From Octopus vulgaris (taxonomy: Eukaryota), in the NCBI GenBank assembly GCA_951406725.2, contig OX597814.1, positions 118,978,001-119,042,000 of the forward strand: a DNA stretch of 64,000 nucleotides. Direction: 5' to 3'. The notes under the pieces were generated by a model. It saw only the letters and a list, made by a program, of their open reading frames with translations, ran no database searches and was not told the DNA's origin. The position numbers and the translations under genes are program-made. Shown here in pieces: positions 25,899 through 38,415 of this stretch (position 1 is its first letter; each line of letters opens with the position of its first letter).

Positions 25899-26721
25899 TC
25901 CCAAAATAATCTGTATTTTTGTTATTTTTTATTTGCCCTGTCCGTGTGAGCTAACAGTCGTACTGGCTTTCATGGGAAACATGTATTTTCGTGGTTGAAA
26001 CCTTTTCGATTAACTGGTGCTAGAGTGAGCAATATAGTGACCACTCTCTTATATTTATTTTGTAAAAATATTATAATATGTTATAAAATATTATAATAAT
26101 CCAGGTTTCTCGTAGCACTAGGCCACTTGGTGTTGAATAAATATACTATTAATTAGTATCTAATTCTCTCACCCTTATTAATTAATTATAATTATGCTGC
26201 ATTTATTTCTAAATGCTGTATTTGTTTTCCGTGAAAGTTTGGCGCGCTGTTGGTTGGGGCATTTGAATTATAACGTCGGATGTAATCAATTGAACCACAC
26301 GCGTATTTATCGTTATGGTAAAATCTGGCGTGTGATTGAGTGGATTTCATCCAGATAGTCTTGGCTGACGAGCTACAAATGGATTTTTTGTAAGTAATAT
26401 TACATTTAATTCATTAATAGCGAAACAATTGTCCCAAAATAATCTGTATTTTTGTTATTTTTTATTTGCCCTGTCCGTGTGAGCTAACAGTCGTACTGGC
26501 TTTCATGGGAAACATGTATTTTCGTGGTTGAAACCTTTTGGATTAACTGGTGCTAGAGTGAGCAATATAGTGACCACTCTCTTATATTTATTTTGTAAAA
26601 ATATTATAATATGTTATAAAATATTATAATAATCCAGGTTTCTCGTAGCACTAGGCCACTTGGTGTTGAATAAATATACTATTAATTAGTATCTAATTCT
26701 CTCACCCTTATTAATTAATTA
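25899..26721 (+). mobile_element. Hammerhead-bearing partial tandem repeat (533-nt monomer x1.54); retrozyme or Penelope pLTR-like
   Basis: 25899-26188 repeats at 26432-26721 with one substitution seen; a hammerhead spans the monomer junction; no ORF. Confidence 0.75.
26352..26446 (+). ncRNA. Type I hammerhead ribozyme with canonical core
   Basis: TTGG-CTGACGA-GCTA...TAGC-GAAAC-AATT-GTC-CCAA; predicted cleavage after 26433; stem I extends via CAGAT/ATCTG. Confidence 0.88.
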
Positions 26722-26745
26722 CATATACATATATATATATATATA

Positions 26746-26959
26746 GTTGGAATTTACAAAAAAAAAACAAAAGACAAAGACAGGTGTATAAACAACAGGC
26801 AATTGTACTAGTTTAAAGCTTGGGAAGTTGAGAAAGTCGTTTACTTTCCGAGCCTACGCTCTTCAACAGAAAAGAATACGAGAGAATAAACAGAGAGAGA
26901 ATAAAAAAGCTTTAGTGGCTAGCGGTCAATCATGGCGATGGCCGGATAGAGATGATCAG

Positions 26960-26960
<1 letters not shown>
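26746..26960 (-). mobile_element. Penelope-like terminal fragment (same family as 56150-56395)
   Basis: Reverse complement aligns with about 56220-56390; hammerhead-like CTGTTGAA-GAGC gtag GCTC-GGAAA-GTA. Confidence 0.6.
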
Positions 26961-27022
<62 letters not shown>

Positions 27023-27331
27023 TATCACGTGATCACGTGACCGACCAGGCTATCAGATGTTGCTACACATCGCTGGTCACAATGCGCTTTGCATTGTTTT
27101 ATACTCTAATGACGCCACCCCGCTGGCTAAGAGAGCTGGCCAACAGAAGATAGAGTGAGAGAAAGTTGTGGCGAAAGAGTACAGCAGGGATCGCCACCAC
27201 CCCCTACCGGAGCCTCGTGGAACTTTAGGTGTTTTCGCTCAATAAACACTCACAACGCCCGGTCTGGTAATCGAAACCGTGATCCTACAACCGCGAATCC
27301 GCTCCCCTAACCACTGGACCATTGCACCTCC
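27023..27331 (-). mobile_element. SINE family B, tail type 1
   Basis: Matches 16372 and 55226. Confidence 0.9.
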
Positions 27332-30329
27332 ACTATATACATATATATATATATATATATTGTGTGTGTGTGTGTGTGTATACACACACACACACACACA
27401 CTCACACACTTTCAATCGGTTTCACATTTCTTGATTTTAAAAGTGCTTGTTGTGTGGAACTGTGTCGCCAGCTGTATTTTTTCTCGCTGGGGTTCTAAAA
27501 ATCATTCCTTTTTAAGAGAATATGTGGTCTATATCTCTATCAGTTAAAGTACAAACTGATTGGTTTAGAATGGTCACGTGATATGGTAAGAGAATTTTCT
27601 GTCATTCTTTCGATACGGCAGAGTTTTAAAGCCAGGTAACAACCCAATGAAAATGTCACATGAAAGCTTTTGCCAAATGGATATGACATCTTCTAGTCAG
27701 AAAAATGTCTATGAAAGCTGAATGTCGCGCCCGAATTTAGACCTGTTTAGCTCTCTTCTCTTACTTAGCCAAAGCGTGTAACTATGTATTTTGCCTTAAT
27801 GAATGATAATGTCAAATATGTTGGGTGCTGATTAATTCGAATAAAAGCTGTTGAAGGTGCCGCCGCAGCATAGCCATTATCTAATGGCTGAAATATATAA
27901 CAGATAGAAGATAGAAAAGTCGAAAAAGAAATGTTACTTATAATCTAGTTTGAATGCTTAACTGTTATGAATAATTATTGTATTGCTGAAACATTTCATG
28001 TGAATACGAAATAATTATTTGGTTTCTAAATTTTCGGAACTTTCATTGAAATATTTTGCGTTTACTGAGCAATTATAAATAAATTGATAAGCAGTTGATG
28101 ACAGATAAGGAAATGTGTGTTGGTGTGTACATACATATGCACACATATGTGCTCGTGTACGCCAATTGGACTAGACTTCTTGAAAAGTGAAATGAATGTA
28201 ACAGAAATTTGCTATGCCGAAAATGAAAGTGTTAGTAATGAATTTAAACGTGTGCTGTAAATTAATTTCATAACTAGTATTTCTTAATAAACGAACTTTC
28301 TTTATTTATTAGTATTTGGGACGTGTTATTGTCTGGGCGTTGATAAAAGTCGAGACTAATAATTTGGGCATTTAGATTTTGAGCATGTGTCGAAATGTTC
28401 CTCAGATAAATCATTAATGTCATAATAAAGATGGGTTTGGTTTATTTGATATAATCCCCGCCACATTCATTGGCATATATTATTTTCTTTGAAGTGCAAA
28501 TAAAGCGGATTTACACAATAAAAATTTATCCCGTTTTAAATTTATATGATCTGTCCTCAAAAAGTTCCGCAATCAGAGCCGCCTCACTGGACGTTAACTG
28601 ATAAAGAACTGATCCACGTTCTCTCTATAAAAACAAAGGATTTTAAAATACCGACAAGAAAATGCGGTTTGCGAAACGTCTCCATACCACCTACATTTTT
28701 GATTAGTCACAGTCGCTAGATTACGGATAAAATTGTGTACCATTCAAGCACTGGTGTCGACCAACCCCTACCCGAAAACATGACAGAATTTTACCAGCGT
28801 TGGACAAAATTTTTTGCTGTATTTCTTTCGACAGTTATACGTTCAGAATTCAAATCCCGATCTGGATCATAAAAATAATGTAATGGTTGTGTAATGGTGT
28901 TGGTAGTTTTCACTGACCTCACCCAAACTTAAGGTCCTGTGCTTCTGTTATTCAATACACTTCACAACTTGATACATTATTGGTGTATTAAATGGAACCC
29001 AGTAAGTAACTTTTATTTCATTTATCGATCCATACTAGCGATAGATGCTAATTTAAACCTCAATACGATATAGACGTAAATTCGTGAGTAAATACTTCAA
29101 TCATTTTATAACGAGCCCCAAACATTAATTTAGTTCTGGTCAGCCTTAATTAAAGCGCTATAATCAAACATAGTTCAACCGTGACCACATATTTTATCGT
29201 ATTACTATCGGAATAGCCATTATTGAAGGGCTTCTGTTTTAAGACGGAAAATATGGTTCGGTGGAGATTCAGCTGCTATCTATAGTGTATCGATTGAAGT
29301 TTACACGTTCAATAAGTGTAATCCGATATTTTGCCTTTGATATCGCTGCTTCACATGGAACAATGATGAATCTAAATAATTTTTACGATGTTATATTGCT
29401 ACTGTTGTATCTATGGAAACAGAATTTCTGAATATTGCCTGCAATAACCCTTACGCTTATCTCTGTGATGTTATTTGAAGAATTTGCTATCTTTACTCCT
29501 GAAACGTAGCGGGTTACTTGTTGTTGTTTTTTAGGAATATGGCAACACTAAGAATGATAAATATGTACATTAGCAATCAGCCTCCGTTTGACAATATCCT
29601 TTTAGCAACTAAGATATCCATTGACCACAACACGTAAGTCTCTTGTAATACTTTTGATTGTGTTTTAATTATAACTTAATATTTTGTTACACGATTTCTC
29701 GCTCGTCACGCTTAAGTAAACAAGAAAGCCAAGAAAACCATTATGACACATAGTCTTGAAGTTGTTGTTACGGTTTAGAAACAGGCTGGTTCTTTGAAAC
29801 AGACATCAATCAATTATTGTTTTGCCAGTCGTGACTTCACTGTATTTATTTTAATAGTTGTTGCTGTTGTTTGAGCATATAAAGCAGCGCGTTTTATTTT
29901 TTCTCAAGTTGAGGTGTGGGTTCAAAAAAACATTTTGCTATTTCTATAAAGACGAAGTCTATGCAGAGTTATCCCCCTTTGATTCAGTGCAGCCAAAGAG
30001 TTGCAAGCGTCGTGGAATAACACATTTTTGAAGAGACTTATTTGTTGTTTTATCGGACATAGGTCTCAGAATTGTTTTGTAGCTATTTTGCATCTGTAAG
30101 AAGTAATTTTCCTTAAAACAATATCTTCTGTATGAACTTACATGTTTTCTTCATTTTCGTTTTCGTGTTGAACAGGTTGATGCTGTAAAGTCTTTTTACA
30201 AAATATCTAAGTTCTAAGTTCAAATCTCACCGAAGACAACGTTATACTTCAAGAGGTCTTATCTAGTACACAGAAAATTTCGTATAAGAATGTTGGGCGG
30301 TATACTGTGCAGCATTTTATCCTGTTTTT

Positions 30330-31400
30330 TTTCCTTATGAGGTTAAATCTCGATCTGATCTACATAAATTGTAGACGTAATCACTCGTCAATTTTTACAC
30401 CATCACCTGCACTTTGGACATCTTTAGCGAAGTTCACTCCTTTGTAAGCATTCTTCCCGGATCTTCCGTATGAAGATAGCTTAGTTGGAGACTCTGTAAA
30501 AAGTTATGTGCACTGCTTTTCTTCCTGATCAAGCGATAAAGAAATTATTATATCATAACTATTGTCAATCCAAAAATATATATTCACAATATTATTAACA
30601 TATATACGGAGTGAAAGTCAGGTCTTAAATCGAAGAGGAATAATATTATTATATTTAGAATGAAATACAAAGCATCGGTCATTAATTGTTCCTAGCATAG
30701 TTATTGAATTATTGGAAAGGAAGTGATGCTCTGTAGTATCCATCCTGGTTATCGGATATTCTGTGAGATTCAGTATATTAGCTGAATAAACATGAAAGCA
30801 AAGCTGCTGGAAGAACTTGTATCCTAGTTCACTGAACACTCAGTATCAAGAAATAAATGTCAGTTTGAAGTAATAAAAGAATCAATAAGCTCAAAGTCAC
30901 TTAGCGACAGACTCCTTTTTGTGTTAGGACTTTTGTATTCTATCAAGAAACGTCTCCACTATATCAAATGATTCGATGTTTTTGAAGATTACCATCGCAA
31001 CTAACTCCAGAATTATAAATGTCTATAAATATTGTTTTTTCTCCAATTAACATCGATTCTGTTCTAAGTAGATGTGTAATGCTAGTCATTCTATATTTCT
31101 GTTTTCATATATTGTATTTTATTTTCTTGGTTCATTTGAAAGATTATAAGAAAAACATCTTTTGTCTACAAGAAGCACTCCCTTTGAAATTATTATCGAT
31201 GAATAATATAAATATGAAAAGTTACCAATTGTTTGCCAATTCTATTCTTGGCAAACAACCAATTATTAAGAATCAATGATCATGTTCGTATAAACAGAGA
31301 ACAATTGGCGACTTTTATACAGTATTTCATTAGTTAATGTGCCAAGAAAGCTTTTATGTCACATTAGAAAACGTTAATTTCATCAGAAAGTCGAAATAAA
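30330..31400 (-). pseudogene. Highly decayed non-LTR reverse transcriptase region
   Basis: Minus strand TKGV...LSLLI (cf. GVRQGxxLSPLLF) followed by GYKF...HVYSANILNLTE (cf. YADD segment). Confidence 0.4.
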
Positions 31401-32599
31401 GATTTCGAGATTTATTTTTAATTTAATCTTTCTATATAAAGAACTCATGCGAATTGTCTTTAAGCATTCGTTCTATTTCTATCAGTTTTATACGCCAGAA
31501 ACACTGATTACTGTAAGCACTTAAACTTTTCTGTAATGATTTTACATTAAGTAAATAAATTCAGTCCTTGACTGTTTCAAATGGATTTAGAACTAATATT
31601 TATCTTAGACATGTCGCTTTCATGCATCACAATATCTCGATCATTTTCTGGCCTTGGGCTACCATTTCAGAGTTATCCAAGGAGAGTAGTTATGAAGACA
31701 GCTTTTGTCACAAAGATTTCTTCATGTTCGAGTATTTTATTTATAGCTATTTTATATGACTTCTCTCAAATGTAAACACGGCAGTCTATTTATATCCTTT
31801 ACGTATGAAAGGAAGCGTAAAACATTTAGGCTTAGTTCACTGATAGCGGAAGATTATATAAATGTTTGTAACAATGCTGTATACGTCGGTTTATTGTACA
31901 TGGAGTGGAGGAAGAAATGGATGAAGGATATAGCTAAAATACATATTTTATATTAAAATAATTTAACAACAAACTCATAAACAACATATCTTCAGTGCAT
32001 TCTGAAAAAAACAGAAACATTTAATATTGGAAATAGAGCGAAATAAAGTGGGATAAGTGATATGCCAATATTGATAAATATTTGAACAAGGAAGTAATAA
32101 TCTTTTCTCTTTTTTTTCATAAAAATATTAAACATAAAATAAATTTCATCTCAACTCTGTTGTTTGGCAGAATAAATCAAGGCAATATATTCGTTTTTAA
32201 TATCTAAACCAATTGTGAGATGGCGTTTCAGAAAATGAATTAATGGATCCTGTTTATGTGATTTTGAATGTCAGACTCAGCCGATGTATTTTCCAACTGT
32301 CTGGTTTCGTTTATGTGGATTAGTGCACATCTTGCTCTCATTTCTGTATATCTCCAAATGTTTAGTTTGGAATGACCTCGTCCAAGTTAGTAATAGATGC
32401 ATATGCATAGGTGTCTATGAACGTATTTTGCTTCTATTTTTAATTCTTTGAAGTCTTCCTGTGAAGGTACAAAGGTACTATCTTCTAACTTTGGAATGTA
32501 GATAGCAAAATGATGTCACATATTGAAATTCAGAAACGTCTTGTATATTTTTACTGTTCCACTAAAATACTGTAAATGTAATGTGGATGTTATATGTGT

Positions 32600-32784
32600 T
32601 TGTATGTATACAAACACACACACACATATATATATATATATGTATACACATACATACATACACTCACACACAAACGCACACACACGTACACACACATATC
32701 ATATATATATATATATACATATATATATGTATATATATACATATATACATATATATATATGCATATATACATACATATCTGAAC

Positions 32785-32838
<54 letters not shown>

Positions 32839-33060
32839 GTATGTATGATACATACATACATACATACATACATATATGTATATATGTATGTATATGTACA
32901 TGCATATATATGTATGTATATGTATATATATTTATATATAGATATATATACACACATACATATCTATATAAATATATATATATACATATATACATATATA
33001 TATACATACATAGATAAATATATACATACATACATACATATACACATCGATACATATATC
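32600..33060. repeat. Compound TA/CA/TG microsatellite
   Basis: Directly visible. Confidence 0.95.
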
Positions 33061-33137
33061 AAAAGAGAGAGAAAGATCAGTAATTAACGGAATCAATAGT
33101 AAATTACTCATACAGTCTAAGATAGATTTCAAATTTC

Positions 33138-33305
33138 GTCACAATACCAGCAATTTGGGGTAAGTTATAAGTCGATTACGTCGACACTCACCGTTCAACT
33201 GGTACTCATTTTATCGATCTCGCAAGGATGAAAGGCAAAATCGACCGCGGCGTAATTTGAAGTAAGAACGTAAAGGCGAACGAAATGTCACTAAACACCG
33301 GCGTC
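33138..33305 (-). mobile_element. SINE family C, older copy
   Basis: CAACTGGTACTCATTTTATCGATCTCGCAAGGATGAAAGGCAAAATCGACC. Confidence 0.75.
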
Positions 33306-33777
33306 TTACTTATAAATTTGAATAAGTTCTGGGATATTGTACTTAATGACGTATGCAACGCCTTCTCCTCTAATAAAATATTCGCTATGCCATTTAGAAT
33401 ATAATCCCCTATTTATCTAAATACATATTGAAATATTTGAGTAATTTCCGCTAGCTTCTCTGTTTTCTTTCTGTTTCTATTGGTGAAAATGTTTTGTAAC
33501 TTGTATCCACGAGTAATAATCATAGGCGATTAATTTGATATACAGCAGCATCACTAAGCTTTGTTTACGATGTCCACAAACACAGAATATATCCGCAACT
33601 ATCATATTTCCTGCAAAACAAATATCATCATGTAAATAATTTTAAAAAATTAATTATTACAATTATCCGTTATTTCCTTTGAAATTAAACTTCATTTATT
33701 ATGAGGCATTTTCTTTTATTTCTCCAGCTAAAAAGGATACTTCAATTAATTGAGAATAATTGCTGTAACCCAGTAGA

Positions 33778-34060
33778 TTGATTTCTTTATTGGCCACGCA
33801 GGGCTGAACACAGAAGGGACAAAATACAAAGTAAAGCTTTTCTTTTTGGGAAGAAGATGAGAAGTACCAAAAAAAGAGGGTCGATTTTCGATCAAAAGGG
33901 ATCGTGAAAAAAAAATAAATAAAGGTGGTGACGATCAATAGGGATCGTGTATCACAGAAATGCTAATGTAAAAAGGGGAAACATATTAAGTTTGTCCGTG
34001 TATAGAAAAGCCTAGGGAAAAGACCACGGGAACCTTGGGCAATAGTGTCATGCAAAAAGA
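33778..34060 (-). mobile_element. LINE 3' end (L1/Tx1-like 3' UTR)
   Basis: Pyrimidine-rich minus strand ending GTCCCTTCTGTGTTCAGCCCTGCGTGGCCAATAAAGAAAT, similar to the SINE C tail and to 61925. Confidence 0.55.
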
Positions 34061-34436
34061 AAACACATTACAGTAATGGCTCTCTTTTTCCTTTCGTTTT
34101 TCCTTTCTTTAAAACTTTGCTTTACTTCAATCGGCATGCGATAGTTATTTCCATATTACTTTTTTGTTTTTTGCTTCGTATTTTTGTTTTCGGAAATAAT
34201 TGATAATTACCAATGACTATTAACAAGTGAGATAAATATCAGACATGATTTTTCCCACGAAGAAACTGCAGGAACTATTCGGTGATATTGTAAGCTCTTT
34301 GGAACCCATCGCAATAACGGAAGACTTTCCGTATCATATATTTATCTCAGGGTCACATGCGTTTCTCTTCATAGCCTGTAAGCTTCATTTGAGCTGTATA
34401 GCTAGTACAGAACTAGTCTACGTCTGTAGATGAGTT

Positions 34437-34716
34437 CTACATGCAGTCTCTCGTCAACTACAACCAACTTCGGCTGGTTTCAGCTTTCATCTACTTGGTG
34501 GCTTTCTTCAGTTGCCTGGGTTCCAGATCAAGCTTCTGCAGGAAATTGCCTAATGGTCTAGCTGGAAAGCCACAGTAGCCGACTTCAATAGGAAATGAGG
34601 CCGTATGCCACATTTGACTATGTCCCCCATCGACTAAGTTCTGATATTTATCTTTCTTTAGCTGGTGAGAATCATTGATTCAGTCCTTCCATGGCTCTGC
34701 AAGTTTAACCACTATA
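34437..34716 (-). pseudogene. HERO-like non-LTR retrotransposon restriction-like endonuclease C-terminus
   Basis: IVVKLAEPWKD*INDSHQLKKDKYQNLV...FPIEVGYCGF...AETSRSWL*LTR, resembling ELTVPWE...KY..L...PvEVGcRGF...AE.aS.WLW. Confidence 0.75.
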
Positions 34717-35484
34717 TATTAGATTCAGATTGCTGCAGCAGGGCTCACAATGCAATGCCAGCTTGGAATAGTTACGGAAAATCAGATTATTCAGTAGCAA
34801 GCCTCGTGCTTTACAATAAATTTTAATAGAAAAATGTTCAAGAAACAATACACTTAATAGTTTTATACAATGCTTAAAATGAGGTCTCCAAAACTGGAAT
34901 TCTTTTCCGTACAGTAATTTCTACAAATAACCTCATCACATTTTTTTCGCTGTTAAGCTAAGTTATAAGAGTTATCTTTCCTTCTGGAGTAAGTTTCATT
35001 TGTTAGATTGTATTTTTCCTAAGCAATGTGGGAAATGATTAGCATAACCGGACCCCAATAGCTTAACTGCAGATGTCCTTATTTCTTCAAAATATACAAA
35101 ATTTATCCCCCATTGTTATGCCTGAAAATCAACGTCAATAACAATTATTTACTCATCTATCGCCTGATTTCATGAATGCATTTGTGGTGGGGAGGGGGTA
35201 TTCTACGTGCGTGCGAGCACGCGTGTATACATAGTTTGACGTGCTGTACACATTTTATATATTAAGTAAATGAGCTAGTCAGAATTTTGGACAATTATTT
35301 ATTTAGCGTTTTCGTCTCGTTTCAGATATTCGTCTTCTGAATGACATTTTTACATAAAATGTTTGCCATTTGGCATGAATTATCTATTAAAAAAATCATA
35401 CATTGTTTCATGAGGATTTTCTGAAGGGAGATGAACGCTCTAAATAAATAATTATCTAAAATTCTGACAAACCCATTTTTCTTA

Positions 35485-35812
<328 letters not shown>

Positions 35813-36105
35813 CTGAACCGATTAGAGTTTCTTATTTACAATAAAAATCAGAATAAAAATTTAAAAAATATGCAGTTGTAACAATCCTCGTATTCATTGC
35901 AATTGTTTTGGATTTACACTCGCATAAATATTCATAAATCCATTGGAGGGAACCCGGGATTTACCAATCGGATCAATTACAATGAGATTGCTTATCTAAG
36001 TAATTTTAGAAGCTCCTTACTATTGGATGCGGTTAGACGAAACCCGGATTGTAACTGAGTGCTCGTACAGTATCTTACTGGATAATTTATACATATATAT
36101 GTATT

Positions 36106-36170
<65 letters not shown>

Positions 36171-36171
<1 letters not shown>

Positions 36172-36346
36172 GGCATAGCTGTGTGGTAAGATGCTTGCAT
36201 CCCAACCACATGGTTCCGGCTTCAGTCCCACTGCGACGTAACTTGGGCACGTGCCTTCTACTATAGCCGCGGGCCGACCAAAACCTTGTGAATGAATTAA
36301 TAGATGGAAACTAAAAGAAACCCATCGAATACACTTATATATATGT

Positions 36347-36415
<69 letters not shown>

Positions 36416-36621
36416 TGTGTGTATATGTGTTTGTGTGTATATTTGTCCACCCAGCATCGCTTGTCAACGGATATTGGTATGGTTAGCGGTTCGGTAAAAG
36501 AAACCGATACAATAAGTACTTAGTTTACAAAGAGTAAGTTCTGGGGTTGATTTGTTCGATTAAAGGTTGTGCTCCAGTATGGCCGCAGTCAAATGGCGGA
36601 AACGAATAAAAGAATAAAAGT
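36171..36621 (+). mobile_element. SINE family A
   Basis: Matches 16769. Confidence 0.9.
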
Positions 36622-37071
36622 ATATAAACAGAGACAGAGAGAGTGAGAGATAAAAACATTCATATATATATACACATATATACATATATCGAATACAGTC
36701 CCTTTGAGTAAATGTGTATGCAATTATATGCTTCAACTAGAGAATTAGATCTTTTTAGTTCTTATTTCTTGCAATCTAGGTGCCATAACACCCTAGTCAT
36801 ATTTGGTGACAGTTATAGTTTTAGTTTTTTGTAATACATTGCACACGGCCGACTATTGATTTTTACAAAAATATATACGTATATACATACAAATACAGTC
36901 AAATACTGATGAAGTGTCGATCTCTGTGTTTTACTTGCCTGCTTTTCATTTTTTTTTTGTTCTCATTGTTTGCTAATTTAACACGTTATTTTCATATTTT
37001 CGTATTTCATGTTTTTTACACAGTTTGTGATGTCCTGTAAACATATATAAATCTCTCTCTCTCTCTCTCAC

Positions 37072-37121
<50 letters not shown>

Positions 37122-37124
<3 letters not shown>

Positions 37125-37819
37125 AATCAAAAAAGGAAAATACACATACTTCACATAGTTTAAATATAATTTTTAATATATCAACCGGTTTCTCTTTCGC
37201 TTTTCATGATATTATGGTTTACATAAAAAGAAATCTTGTCCATGTTGTGTGTGATGATATTTACGAGTGAATGATTTCACAAGTAGAAAAATAAGGGGAG
37301 GTAATTTGTAATCGTTATTATTGTTATTGTTGTGGGCAAGGGAGATAACGGTTCAGCTTTCGGTAAATGGGGGATATATATGTACAGAAAAAAAAATTTT
37401 CGACAAACAAGTTTTTCCATTTCTTTTTTTTCGTTGTTTGCGCATTTAACTCGTTTGCTTTCGTATATATGTACAGACAAAATATATATGTACAGACTAA
37501 AAACAAATGTTTTTCAAAATCTGTTTTTTTTTTCTCTGTACATATATATTCCCCTCGTCTTAACGAAAGCTGAACAGTTAGATCCCTTGCCCACAACAAT
37601 AACAATAATAACGATAGCCAATTACCTCCCTTTGTTGTTCTACTTGTGAAGGCAATCATTCCTAATTATCATCACACAACCTGGACGAAATTTCTTCTTA
37701 AGAAAATACATTTACAAATAAGTAAACCATATCATGAATAGCGAAAGCGAAACCGGTCGATATATTAAAAATTATACTAAAATTATGTAACATGTGTGTA
37801 TTTCCCTTTTTTAATTTCT
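37122..37819. mobile_element. Head-to-head inverted pair of Penelope-like terminal fragments (~300-bp arms), each with a hammerhead motif
   Basis: 37122 to about 37415 is the diverged reverse complement of about 37500-37819; the ORF track shows the same peptide PLPTTITIITIxNYLPL on both strands. Confidence 0.7.
37729..37763 (+). ncRNA. Minimal type I hammerhead ribozyme, A3-U8 variant
   Basis: ATATC-ATGAATA-GC gaaa GC-GAAAC-CG-GTC-GATAT. Confidence 0.7.
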
Positions 37820-38133
37820 TCTATACATTACAACTCACCACGTGTGAATAATCGAAATTCCTGCTTTCTGTTACTATTTTCTGTTACTGCATCCTCGTTA
37901 CTCAAGGAAAGCCATTGCCAAGAAGACTTACTGAAATGATTTATGATCGTGACCATGTGATGCCCTTATATGACTTTTAAGCCCGGCCAAGCTTTTACAC
38001 ATTTTATTACATACTAGACAACTGTGCTGGCTGGCAGGAGAAACAGGTGCCACCATATGCACTCTCTTAACATGTTATTTAGACCTCCAACTGAGAGGCA
38101 CACCCTTCCACATCTATATCTATCTATCTATCT

Positions 38134-38199
<66 letters not shown>

Positions 38200-38201
38200 G
38201 T

Positions 38202-38366
38202 GGAGGCACATGGCTTAGTGATCAGTGCAGCGGACTCGTGGTCGAGGGATCGCGGGTTCGAACCTCAGACCAGGCGATGTGTATGTTTATGAGTGAAACA
38301 CCTAAGCTCCACGCGGCTCCGGCAGAAGGTAATGGCGAACTTCTGCCGATTCTTTCGCCACAACTT

Positions 38367-38367
<1 letters not shown>
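38202..38367 (+). mobile_element. SINE family B, 3'-truncated
   Basis: Close to the 50042 subfamily; runs into (GATA)n. Confidence 0.88.
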
Positions 38368-38415
<48 letters not shown>

